Shown here piece by piece: positions 42,095-54,879 of a stretch of 64,000 bases of DNA. Made by a program: the position numbers and the translations under genes. A model generated the notes under the pieces. The model made no database searches, had not been told where the DNA came from, and was given only the letters and a program-made list of their open reading frames with translations. The DNA is from Octopus sinensis (taxonomy: Eukaryota): positions 75,020,001 to 75,084,000 of the forward strand of contig NC_043003.1 of the NCBI RefSeq assembly GCF_006345805.1, given 5' to 3'. Every line of letters begins with the position of its first letter. Position 1 is the first letter of the stretch.

Positions 42095-43245
42095 ATTAAT
42101 GAAAACTGATAACAATAGCGGCAAAACAAGAGCAAAACAAAAAACTGTTCTCAGTATTTAAGGAAGCTGACAAATACAAACAAGAAATCATACCACCTAA
42201 AAAATATGAAGAAGAAGAAGAAGAAGAAGAAGAAGAAGAAGAAGAAGAAGAAGAAGAAGAAGAAGAAGAAGAAGAAGAAGAAGAAGAAGAAGAAGAAGAA
42301 GAAGAAGAAGAAGAAGAAGAAACAAAAGCTATAAAACAAATGAAATCCAAACTAAAAATAGAACAGCAACGAACCATGATAAAACGATGGCAAGAAAAGC
42401 CCATTCATGGCAAATACTGGACTAAACTAAATGCAAAAGAAATAGACAAAGAAAAATCCCAGCAATAGTTGAGAAGTTCAGGACTCAAAGCAGAGACAGA
42501 AGGATTTTTAATTGGAGCACAAGACCCAAGCCTCCCCACCAGAAATTACCAAAAACATGTAATGAAAAGAAATATAACAAGTAACTGCAGAATATGTGGA
42601 GATAGACAAGAAACAATAAATCATATTATCTCTGGCTGCCCAGTCCTGGCTAAGAAGGAATATATTCACAGACACGACAGAGTTGGGACCTATATACACT
42701 GGAAACTATGCCAACATTATGAAATAACAACAGAAAAAAGATGGTATAGGCACACACCAGAAAAGGTCACAGAAAACAAGAAAGCAACCATAATCTGGGA
42801 TATGCCAATACGCACAGATAGAAAAATTAAGGCCAACAGACCAGATATAGTTGTCAGAGATCATGAAGAAAAAAAAAGTTTTCTAGTTGATGTATCAATA
42901 CCAGCGGATGACAACGTGTCTCTAAAATAAATGGAGAAACTTTCAAAATACAAGGACCTGGAAATAGAGGTAACCAGAATGTGGAATCTAAAAACAGAAA
43001 TAATTCCTATCATAATAGGTGCATTAGGCATGATAAAAAATATTCAGACAAATACGTAACAAAAACACCAGGACTTACAAAGACATATATCATAAAGAAA
43101 ATTGCACCTCTAGGCACTGCACACATCCTACGCAGAACACTTTCCATACAATAACCATCAGAACAAATCACAGCACATACCCAAGGCACACAGAGCTGCG
43201 CTCGGTAGTGAAATGAAAGCACGATATAAAAAATATACTACTGAA
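42095..43245 (+). mobile_element. R4/Dong LINE 3' fragment A (family 1)
   Basis: WQEKPIHGKY, GLKAETEGF...QD, CRICGDRQETINHIISGC (CCHC), RHDRV, RPDIVV...LVDVSIP (restriction-like endonuclease); (TAA)n on both sides. Confidence 0.93.
42208..42321. repeat. (GAA)38 tract inside the Dong ORF
   Basis: Counted directly; in frame with flanking coding sequence as poly-Glu. Confidence 0.95.
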
Positions 43246-43255
43246 TAATAATAAC

Positions 43256-43298
<43 letters not shown>

Positions 43299-43323
43299 TA
43301 ATAATGATAATAATAATAATAAC

Positions 43324-43399
<76 letters not shown>

Positions 43400-43404
<5 letters not shown>

Positions 43405-44915
43405 CATACAAATATTTAGGGATAAATGAAGGCTCTGGTATTCAGCATGCAAGCATGAAAGAGAAAATCAGGAAGGAATGTTATAGGAGAGTTCGTGCAG
43501 TCCTGAAATCTGAACTAAATGCACGTAACAAGGTGTTAGCAATAACTTCCTTAGCAGTTCCAGTTGTTAATTATAGCTACAATGTGTTGAACTGGAATAT
43601 GAGTGAAGTAAAGAATATAGATAGAAAAATACGCAAGCTGCTGAGTTGTAATACGATACACCACCCAAAGGCAGACGTAGATCGTCTTTACCTTCCCAGA
43701 GCCCAAGGAGGTCGAGGCCTGATCCAATTTGAACTAGCTTACAAAACAACCACAATTGGACTGGCCAAATATCTCGAAATATCGAATGACTGGATGCTAA
43801 AGCGCGTGGAAAATCACGAGAGACGAAAGAAGCTTCATTCTATCATAAAGGAAAGCAAAAAAATTGCTATTGATCTCGTGCAGGATACCCAAACTGAACA
43901 ACCCGAGGGAAGTACGGCAACTATTGTTGCAAAGAAGGTGAAAATGATGGCAATGAAGAAAGCGCACGAGCAATTGGCTGATAGGTGGGAGGAGAAACCT
44001 CTGCACGGCAAATATGTGACCCGCAGCAAACAACTGATTTTGACCAGAAGCAAACCCACCAGTGGCTACGGAGCTCAGGGCTAAAAGCAGAGAGCGAAGG
44101 TTTCATCCTTGCTGCTCAAGATCAAAGCCTATTAACCCGGTACTACCAGGCCAATGTGATGAAAAATGGAGCAGACCCAAAATGCCGATTCTGCAACGAC
44201 ATGATTGAAACAGTGGACCACCTAATCTCTGGATGTAAAGTCTTAGCACCAGTGGAGTATAAATTAAGACATGACAAAGTTGGCCAATATCTCCACTGGC
44301 TAATAAGTCGGCATTACAATATCAAAACTGCTGACAAGTGGTATAATCACCACCCTGAGGCTGTAACTGAAGGAGAAAATGTAACCATTCTGTGGGACTT
44401 TCCAGTACATACAGACCGAACCGTCAAGGCCAATAAACCAGATATTGTTGTGAAAGACCAAAACAATAAAGTTTGCTTATTGATCGACATGAGCATCCCC
44501 TGTGATCATAATATCTCAGCGAAAGAGTTTGACAAGCTCAAAAATATAAAGACCTACTCATTGAAATTGAGAAAATGTGGCATCTCAAGCGGTTACAATA
44601 CCAGTGATCGTAGGAGCACTAGGAATGATCAAGAAGGGAACCGAAAATTATATGAGAATGATCCCTGGCTCACCATCCCTGCAAGAAGTGCAAAAGATTG
44701 TCTTAACTGTACATCACACGTATTGAGAAGAGCATTGTCGATGTGAGAACTGTTGCTGCTCATGTATTTTTAATTTAACTTAAAAAAAAAAATGAACGAG
44801 CTACTGAGTTTGGTTTAATGGCCTACCAATGTATGCTATGAGTTTCTTTGCCCTAGGAGTCAGGAAGACACTCGGCAAGAAATGGAAGCAAATTTGAAAG
44901 AAGAAAAAAAAAAGT
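43400..44915 (+). mobile_element. R4/Dong LINE 3' fragment B (family 2)
   Basis: YKYLGI, ELNARNK, RLYLPRAQGGRGL, KPLHGKY, CRFC...ETVDHLISGC, KPDIVV...LIDMSIP; few frameshifts; (TAA)n flanks. Confidence 0.95.
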
Positions 44916-44921
44916 AATAAC

Positions 44922-44989
<68 letters not shown>

Positions 44990-44999
44990 TAATAATTTG

Positions 45000-46985
45000 T
45001 AAGTATGAGATCATTCTGTAAGTATGAGATCATGGAGAACCACACTAACTTTGAACAGTGACAATGAATGTCAAAATGCTGGTGATGTAAATATTTCATG
45101 TGACATTTTCCAGGGTGACTCACTATCACCACTCCTCTTTTGTTTAGCCTTAATACTTCTCTCAATTACTCAATGACGCGCAGTACGAATATAAAATGTT
45201 TGATAAAAATATAAATCATCTCATTTACATGGATGATTTAAAGCTCTTTGCAAAAAATGACCAACAACTCAAGGGCTTACTAGTGATTATTAAACAATTC
45301 AGTGATGACATCAGAATGTAATTTGGCCTCGATAAATGTGCAAAAGCTACCTTTATCAAAGGAAAAATGACAGAAACATTTAACGTTAACCTTGACCAGC
45401 AGAATATCGTAAAAGAATTAGATCCAGCGGAGAGCTACAAGTACCTAGGGGTAATTGAAGGGGACGGAATAAGGCATTCAGTGATGAAGGAAAGGATCAG
45501 GAGAGAATGTTATTGCAGAGTAAGAGCCATACTCAAGACAGAGCTGAATGCGAGAAACAGGATCGAAGCGATCAATGCCAGTCGTGACTTACAGTTTCAA
45601 TATTGTTAACTGGTCAATTACTGAAATATGTAATCTTGACAGAAAAATACGAACACTGTTGACAATGCAGAGAATGCACTACCCTAAGGCAGATACAGAA
45701 CGACTTTATCTGTCAAGAAAAGAGGGAGGCAGTGGACTTTTACAACTGGCAATAACAATGAAGATTGCTACAATTGGCCTAGACATCTACCTGAAAATCT
45801 CTGAGGACTGGATGTGAAAACTTGTCTCAAAACATGAAAAGAAGAAAGCATCATACTCAGTAAGAAAACAAGCAAAGGAATATCTAAGTGAATTCCGAAT
45901 ACAACAAATTTCGGAATTAGACATACAAGAAACAAGCACAGAAAAAGCTGAACGCTTGAAAACCCGTGCTAAAACTGCTGCCTTAGATATTCTGAATGAT
46001 GAATGGCAAGAACAACCTCTCTATGGCAAATACACAAGGTGAGCGAATAATGCAGATTTTGACAAAGCCCTGACCCATCAATGGCTAATGACATCTGGTT
46101 TTAAATCTGAAACAGAAGGGTTTATCATAGCAGCTCAAGATCAATGTCTACCAACAAGGAACTACCAGGCCAACATATTAAAGAACGGCAGTAGCTCAAC
46201 ATATCGTGTATGTCAACAATAAAATGAATCCATTGATCATGTTGTCTCCAAGTGCAGTCTTCTAGCGTCTACAGAGTATCTCAACAGGCATGATAGAGCT
46301 GCACAAAATATCCACTGGGTAATCTGCTAAAAACCGGGATTTGCCCTATGAAAAAAATGGTGGGGACACAAACCACCTCCAGTGCTTGAAAATGACCACA
46401 TCACACTCCTCTGGAACTTCCCCATTCAAACTGACAGAAAGATAGATGCACATAGGCCAGGCATCATATTGAAAGACTTCAAACAAAGAACATGCCTCCT
46501 CATTGATATGACTGTGCCAATCGATATAAACGTATCTGTCAAGACCTACCAAAACTGAGCAAGTATAAAGATCTTGAAATAGAAATTAGCAAAATGTGGA
46601 ACCTGAAGACTAAAACAATACCTGTTGTCACAGGTGCCCTGGGAATGATAGCAAAAGGGGCTGATAGCTACCTAACTCAGATACCAGGAAACCCAAAAAT
46701 GGCAGAAGTTCAAAAGATTGTGCTCATGGGAACTGCTCATATCCTACGCAAAATACTCTCTATGTAATCTCAAGGTTTAAAACAAACATAATTTTCGGTT
46801 TAAAAAAAAAAAAAAAAACCTTTTCTTTTTTAGACATTCATTAGTACAACATCCCCACCCCCCAAATATATGGCACCTAGGCATAACAACACCATGAACT
46901 TCCAACCCTGTTGTCTCTTGTGGTCTCTGGGTGAGACTTGGAGCCAACTTGTACAAATATAAAGCAAAGTCAAACATAGAATAAT
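45000..46985 (+). mobile_element. R4/Dong LINE 3' fragment C (family 3) including RT motifs 4-7
   Basis: IFQGDSLSPLLFCLA, HLIYMDDLKLF, FGLDKCAK, YKYLGV, RLYLSRKEGG, SETEGFIIAAQDQ, RHDR, LIDMTVP; (TAA)n flanks. Confidence 0.95.
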
Positions 46986-46988
46986 AAT

Positions 46989-47022
<34 letters not shown>

Positions 47023-47051
47023 TTAATAATAATAATAATAATAATAATATC

Positions 47052-47126
<75 letters not shown>

Positions 47127-47127
<1 letters not shown>

Positions 47128-47485
47128 GAGCAGATGTTAACGTGTCTCTAAAAGAAATGTAGAAACTGTCAATATACAAATACCTGGAAATAGAGGTAAC
47201 TCGAATGTGGAACCTAAAAACAGAAATAATTCTTATCATAGTAGGCGCATTGGGTATGATAAAAAAATATTCAGACAAATACACAACAAAAATCCAGGAC
47301 TTGCAAATATATATAACATACAGAAAATTGCGCTACTGGGCACTGCACACATCCTACGCAAAACACTTTCAGTACATTAACTATAAGAGCATCACAACAA
47401 ATCACAGCACATACCCAAGGCACACAGAGCTGCGCTCGGTAGAAATAAAGTGAGAGCACGATATAAAAGTAAAATTACTGAATAA
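47127..47485 (+). mobile_element. R4/Dong LINE short 3' fragment D (same family as A)
   Basis: Aligns closely by eye to 42905-43245 (MWNLKTEII.IIVGALGMIKKYSDKY; CACAGCACATACCCAAGGCACACAGAGCTGCGCTCGGTAG). Confidence 0.93.
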
Positions 47486-47504
47486 TAATATTAACAATAA
47501 TAAT

Positions 47505-47549
47505 GAGAAGAAGAAGGAGAAGAAGAAGAAGGAGAAGAAGAAGAAGGAG

Positions 47550-47581
<32 letters not shown>

Positions 47582-47725
47582 GAAGAAGAAGAAGAAGTAG
47601 AAGGAGATAGAGGGGGAAGAGAAGCAGAAGAAGATGAAAAAGAAGAAAAAGAAGAAGAAGAAGAAGAAAAAGAAGAAGAAGAAGAAGAAGAAGAAGAAGA
47701 AGAAGAAGAAGAAGAAGAAGAAGAA
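47505..47725. repeat. Imperfect (GAA)n purine tract
   Basis: Direct reading of the sequence. Confidence 0.95.
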
Positions 47726-49189
47726 AACAAGAGGAACAACTATAGAAATATTTTATTTGCTTCAGACTTTAAGTCTAAATACTAAAACCCTGAAATTCAT
47801 CAACTCAAATACTAATCAACAAATGATATACATACATACATGTGTGTGTGTGTGCATGTGATTGTTTATTGCTGATATAGAGCATACATATGTAGAAGTT
47901 AGAGAGATAGATACACACATACTTATGTATATATATATATATGCATATGTGTGTGTACGTGTGTGAATACACACGCACACATAAATGACTGTGTGTTCTA
48001 TATCTATGACTGGATTTTTTGGAAATGCCATACAACACACATAAGCAGCTTAACGGTTGATATCTATATATGAAATGGATAACGCAGTTATATGCCTGAA
48101 AGCATAATAATGGTTCTACTTTATCTTTTATGGAATTCAAAATACTTTAATATGGTTGATAGATGCACGAGTACAAACCATGTGATGGACCACATGCATA
48201 AGTCGTGTGAAGGGCGTGTGGATACATGCCTTAAACTATGCATACGTTCGTCCACTATATATGTTTGCTGTAGTTCGTGTTCCTTTATATATACCTTAAT
48301 TATGTATGTTTCTGTGTGCATGTATTTTTATTTCATTTTCTCACTGGTCGGTTCAGTTGTCACCCAGCTTTTTATATGTGTTTTATACACATGGACATAT
48401 ATGTAAATGCATGCGTCAGCAGGCATAATTTGAGTGTTCTTTTCTTTTACTTGCTGGATGTTAAGGTAGAGAAACAGCCGTCTCTTGTTCAGGTCCTCAT
48501 ACACCATTGAGACTGAATCCATACATTTCATCAGAAAGCTTTCTAAGATTTGAGGAAGGAAGTATTTTTCTCAAGCCTTAGATCTGGAAATAAAGGAACT
48601 AGGCAGTGCGTGATTGGGTAAATCAAACGTTATCTGAAGAAGAAAGGAGGTTTGGATGAGAATGTATGAGTTGCAATGATATAAGACTGGATCGCTCTCA
48701 AGTCAGAGGGCTTTATAAATGCACTTGAAATAGCTGAGAGTGATATCAGGCATTCCGTGTGTGTAGAAATTGGAATGCTCTAAGAAAGAATCTCTCCCAA
48801 TCATTCGAGTTGAAATTTTGTTGATGAAACATAAGTCATCGTTGCAGCAGCAGCACTAAAATTAATGGTAGAAGTAACATTACTAACAGCACCACCAATA
48901 CCGGCAGCAACAGCAGCACCACCACTGCCACATACCTCTGAATAACATTACAATGTGGGTTTCACATAAAAATTGGAGAATATCAATGATCGTTGATGAC
49001 TGAAGTATAGTCTGGTTGTGATAAAAAAAAAAAAAAATTATGAATTGACGGCATTCACAATTTCGAGTAAATTTTAAATTGCAAGTCTTCTTGCTTACAT
49101 TTCCTGCCATTATTTACAGCAACATTAAGGATGTACTGAGGCTGCCTATTATGTCGTGTCATGTGATACTCTCTCTTTCTCTCTCTCTC

Positions 49190-49390
49190 TCTTTTACTCT
49201 TTTATTCTTTTACTTGTTTCAGTCATTTGACTGCGGCCATGCTGGAGCACCGCCTTTAGTCGAGCAAATCGACCCCGGAACCTATTCCTTGTAAGCCCAG
49301 TACTTATTCTATCGGTCTCTTTTGGCGAACCGGTAAGTGACGGGGTCGTAAACACACCAGCATCGGTGTCAAGCAGACACACAAACATAT

Positions 49391-49446
<56 letters not shown>

Positions 49447-49606
49447 GACAGGCTTCTTTCAGTTTCCGTCTACCAAATCCACTCAAAAGGCATTGGTCGA
49501 CCGAAGGCTATAGCAGAAGACACTTGCCCAAGCTGCCACGCAGTGGGACTGAACCCGGAACCATGTGGTTGGTAAGCAAGCTACTTACCACACAGCCACT
49601 CCTGCG
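49190..49606 (-). mobile_element. SINE family 1, full-length young copy
   Basis: Head CGCAGGAGTGGCTGTGTGGTAAG (A box) ...GGTTCAGTCCC (B box), internal (TA)n(TG)n, tail GACTGAAACAAGTAAAAGAATAAAAGAGT. Confidence 0.93.
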
Positions 49607-51996
49607 TTGATGTCATCTTAAAAAATGCACGTATGCTTCCTATCCTTTGGAGATGGCACTTAAGTTCTATGCTCATGACACCATTGTGGTGTTTTCTTCT
49701 GTCTAGGTAAGAAAAAGAGTGTAAGAAACGAAGCGTATTCCTTGCAAGAATATAGAATTGAATCTTGATGCCTTAGGTCTTTAGAACTTTGGAATATAAA
49801 GCAAAAAGAGCGCGGAACAAAACCCAAAATTAGGGCGGACTTGATTGAGATGGTTGAGCGATCGAAAGTGCTGCACCAACCTCATGGAATTATTTATATT
49901 TATATTAAGCAGTTAAGGTTTCAGAAGATGAGGTGTGTGTGAGAACCATAACCAGAATGATTTGATAGGGGATTTTCAGAGCAGGTACAGTATGGTGACA
50001 CAAATAACATGGATTTCACAAAGTACCCACTATAAAACAGAGACTGGCAACAAGAGATCTAATGTCAACGGTAACCCCGGGGTTACGGAAATATATGTAT
50101 TAATATTTGTATGTATGCATGTAAGCATACCTGTATGTATGTATGTATTTATGTATGCATGTATGTATGGGTGTGTATGCTTTCGATTGTCTGTTCTGGA
50201 GTAAAAATATGTAAATACATTTGCAGGAGATCATGATATTCCTGTTCCTAATAAATTATTGATAATGTATTAATAGTTTTATAAAATTTTGTTCGTTTTC
50301 ACATTGCCATTTCAATCGTGTGGACCTTTTAATGTGAAAATTGATATCACTGAGTTGTGAAACGAATAATATTACTGAATTTTGAAACCGTGATCTTCTT
50401 CATTGGATATCCAGTTTATTCCACACCGATTTAATTTTGATATCGTTGTTTTAATAATGACATTTATGGTGCAATATAAATTTTGCTAATGTATTCTTAT
50501 ACTTGATGTTATATAATGATACAGGTGATATGATAATTCTATAATTGCCGTTCATGACGAAATTTGATGTGAGACAACACAGAACCATTGGAAATCTAGG
50601 TGTTTTCAAATGCAGAGTATCGCTAGCACTACTATTCCGTGTGAAAAACACAATGTTATAGTTATCAATTCCAACATGGGTGCTTATACATAAATACTCT
50701 TCTGGAATCACAGTCTTTAAAAATCACCATTAAATTTTACTGTTCTGCATACGGCGTCATTAGGAAAATAGTTCTCGTGTTAACTAATATATGTTCATAT
50801 GTTAAGTAATGTATAAAACTGTCCTTGGACGGAAATTGTATGCATATTTTACTTTGACGGTTAATGGCGGCCAAACCCAGGCTATAACGGAGCTGAGAAT
50901 TGGCAGAGATACTAAATGCGTGGTGAGGATGAGAACCGCTATGGTTAAAATTCGCAAGCTATAAAGATGTGGTTGCTATGGCAAAAAAGTCTGATTTTTC
51001 ATCGACTCAAGTGGGGCCAGTGCCCCTCTAGGTTTGTGCGATTGGCTTTTAATGCCCAGCGGCATGCACTGCAGGCTGTTATGCTTAATAAACGTACATT
51101 TTGTCGCGAAATTCCGGCTACTAGGAAAGGACTTTTCATTGTAAAACAACGAGTGCTTTTTGACCTCATTTTCTTTTTATAGATGTGAATTACTTGACTA
51201 GGTAAACTACACGTGATGAACATCGAATACTAAACTATTTTAATCTACATATTGAACTGCATTAAACTTTGGCAAGCTTACCTTTACCTATTCTGAGTTA
51301 CTTCAAAGGTGATGTTCCCTGCCCTTTCTTCTGATTGTTGATACTTTTTTTTACCTATGATACCGTTGATTCACTTTAAGGATGCTTCTTTATCAGGCCA
51401 TTATGATATTTTGACTGCTGTCCATTGTTTCAAATAAGTTTTAGCATTGTCATTCTAGCCTTTTTTAAACGTTCCAAAGAATCAACCTTTAAATAAGAGT
51501 TTTGCTTCCACTAGCGAAAGCTATGCGCATCTTTCAGGAAGCTCCATACCAATTTAACTTTATGCAGTATTCGCTGCTAGTTTATGTGCACGCTATGTGG
51601 GAAGATAGAATAAAGGGGTTTTTCTTAGCTTTTATCTCCGAAAAAAATAGCTCCCTTTGCTGATGAAAGAAATAAACTCGCAGAGGGGAAGTTTCAACGT
51701 CTTCCTTCAATTTCCTTACACCATTTATGTGGCTGTTCCTGACAAGAAATTTCGCTTTCATGTAAAACAACTATATTTTGTAGTCATTATCTACTCCCAA
51801 AACACTTCAGTACCTCTACTTTACATCTCTTGCAAACTTATATGTTCTATGATAATCAAAGTGTAACGACCTCCACAATAACCAGCCTTCAACTTGATTT
51901 TCCGTTCCTAGGTTAATCAGAAACAGATTACCATGCTACACATAAACCTTCAATTATTTGGTGAAAAAAATACTACGAAAGCAACTTAAACCGCCC

Positions 51997-52030
<34 letters not shown>

Positions 52031-52031
52031 A

Positions 52032-52378
52032 TACTCTTTACTCTTTACTCTTTTACTTATTTCACTCATTTGACTGTGGCCATGCTGGAGCACCACCTTT
52101 AATCGAGCAACTCGACCCCGGGACTTATTATTTTTGTAAGCCCAGTACTTATTCTATCGGTCTCTTTTGCCGAACCGCTAAGTAACGGGGACATAAACAC
52201 ACCAGCATCGGTTGTCAAGCAATGCTAGGGGGACAAACACAGACACACAAACGAACACACATACATATATATACATATATACGACAGGCTTCTTTCAGTT
52301 TCCGTCTACCAAATCCACTCACAAGGCATTGGTCGGCCCGGGGCTATAGCAGAAGACACTTGCCCAAGATGCCACGCA
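52032..52378 (-). mobile_element. SINE family 1, head truncated
   Basis: Near-identical body and tail to 49190 copy; begins at TGCGTGGC next to (TA)n. Confidence 0.92.
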
Positions 52379-52382
52379 TATA

Positions 52383-52445
<63 letters not shown>

Positions 52446-52919
52446 TGTGTGTGTGTGTATGTACCTATGTATGATATATACAGAAGAGCCAAGAACCATC
52501 GCTGATTACAGAATATTTAGAAAGAAAAGAGAAGAAAAGCAACATTTTCAATTATTATTCATTTTTTTAACAAACTTACCATGTATTAAATAGTTGTAGA
52601 CATTGTTATTTATATAATGTTTGAACTGAAATAATTAAAGAATTAATTAACTTTAAAGTCAAGTCTCGCATAAACAGTCAGGTGCCGTGAAATATTACTA
52701 TGTATCTTTTATTGAATTAAAAACAAGCGAGATTGTATACAAATCGGTAATTATTCTAGATTGCCATTCTCTTCCAGACTATATAACACGTCATAAATAA
52801 AATAACTACCTAATGGGCTTAACTACGTAAGTTTTTAAATAATGATGTTTTGTACCGTTTAAACTGATGTTATACATTTAATGACAATAAACAAAATTCA
52901 TGCTTTCCAGCAAGTCATT

Positions 52920-52920
52920 T

Positions 52921-52983
<63 letters not shown>

Positions 52984-53055
52984 CGACGACGACGACGATG
53001 ATGATGATGGTGATGATGATGATGATGACAACGATGATGATGATGATGATGATGA
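52920..53055. repeat. (CATA)n-(TG)n-(GAC/GAT)n compound microsatellite
   Basis: Direct reading of the sequence. Confidence 0.92.
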
Positions 53056-53904
53056 AGAGGAAGAAGTCGAATATTGATAATGTGAATCTATTCAATATGT
53101 ACAATTCAGATAATCAGTCACTAAATAAACAAAGAATTTCGTCTCTTACGCAAAATCTTCATTAGCTTATCAAATATATGTATTTCGATATGCCTCAACT
53201 TAAAAAATCGTGTTAGGGATATGAAATTCCCTTTTTTATATATTGCGCAATTCTGTGAAGCGTATTTTTACTCGTTTCGACGTCATTTTAATCCTTATAC
53301 GACCCCCATGTCCAGTACAAGCTAGCCAATCTTATCATCATTCCTGTGGATATATCATAAATATTGGGTGTGTTTTGTTCTATTCCACGCGATAATATAT
53401 AACAATCATTATACATACACACTTACATATATATATATATAAATGTGTGTGTGTGAGTACATTTTAAATTTGTATATAGGAAACATTATGAATTTCCCGC
53501 CAGTTGTATAATGTTACTTACGAGCAGGCAACTTTTTCGGGGTTGCTTCGAGTTGTACCGTTATGATATAGGATAAAGAAAATGATAATAATAATTCCTG
53601 GATGGAATTTATATATATTTAAAGTATAGCTACGCGCGTTTCACTGATCACATGACACTTAGGATCACACTCCCTATTCCTTGGATGATTGCAGAGAAAT
53701 ATCCATGGGTATGCGGTCGATCGCCAACATTGAGCGGATGACCATGGATAATACGGACTATACTGTAATCATCCTAGATATACGGACTGAAATCTTAAGA
53801 ATCATGAGATCACTGGATACACGCGTAGCGATTCAGTAAATGTTTATAAATTTCATTCAAGTATCATTGTTATTATTTGTATTATATACATGTATGTATC
53901 TATG

Positions 53905-53965
<61 letters not shown>

Positions 53966-54039
53966 TGTATGCGTGTATGTATTTATGTATGTATGCATAA
54001 TTATATATAGAATGATACATACATGCATTTTGCATATTT

Positions 54040-54315
54040 ACCGTTCAGTAGTTTCAGTCATCAGACTCTAGACTTGCTTCGGCACCACCTTGAACCCATC
54101 CCAGTAATTTTCTTTTCCTAAGCCCGGTACTTACCCGAGAGGTCAAACCGTTAATTTACGCAGACGTAAACGCACTATTTCCGGTTTTCAAGCAGAGGTG
54201 GGGACAAACACACTCACTCACACACACACACGCACAGACACATGCTCACAAACATATACGATGGGATTTTCTCGGTTCCCGTCCACCAAATTCACTAACA
54301 AAGCTTTCGTCGGCA
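54040..54315 (-). mobile_element. SINE family 1, old copy
   Basis: GTTTCAGTCAT...GCACCACC...GGGACAAACACA...CCACCAAATTCACTAACAAAGCTTT blocks in expected order. Confidence 0.7.
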
Positions 54316-54519
54316 TATATATGTGTTGCGTGTAATGTATGTGTGTATATATATACACACACATCGACATATATGTATATCTGTGAGTGTGTGTGTGTAT
54401 AGACTGATAAACAGAGAGAGAGGAAATGAGGAAAATGGGAGTGAGAGGGAAATATGTGTGTGTGTGTGTATGTATATATATATATATAATATATATATAT
54501 ATTATATATATATAATATA

Positions 54520-54599
<80 letters not shown>

Positions 54600-54879
54600 T
54601 TATACATACATACATACATACATACATATAGAGAGTGGATTTTGAGAGTATAGAGTACGGTAGGGTAAATAGTTGGTGTATTTCGTTTACCACATTCAGA
54701 ATGAAAACCTGGCAACATATGCACCAATAATATAATTGACAATGAAAAATAACCCGCTGATGCAAAACCTTGAGGTGCCTCACTCGTTAGAAGCCTTATC
54801 AATAGAAATCTCTGAGTAATACATAATATAAGTAGACGAAGACTGAACAGAGTCCAAATATAAGTCATAACATTTCTGT

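Noticed and set aside
42096-42404. Poly-S/F/K/E/L/I ORFs (also 43158, 44801, 46988, 47491, 47634, 61359-61628)
   Set aside because: Translations of (GAA)n and (TAA)n tracts.
53630-53830. Short GATA(A)TACGGACT repeats, CRISPR-like or RTE 3' relic
   Set aside because: Only two imperfect copies with no regular spacing; eukaryotic context; RTE similarity too weak to call.
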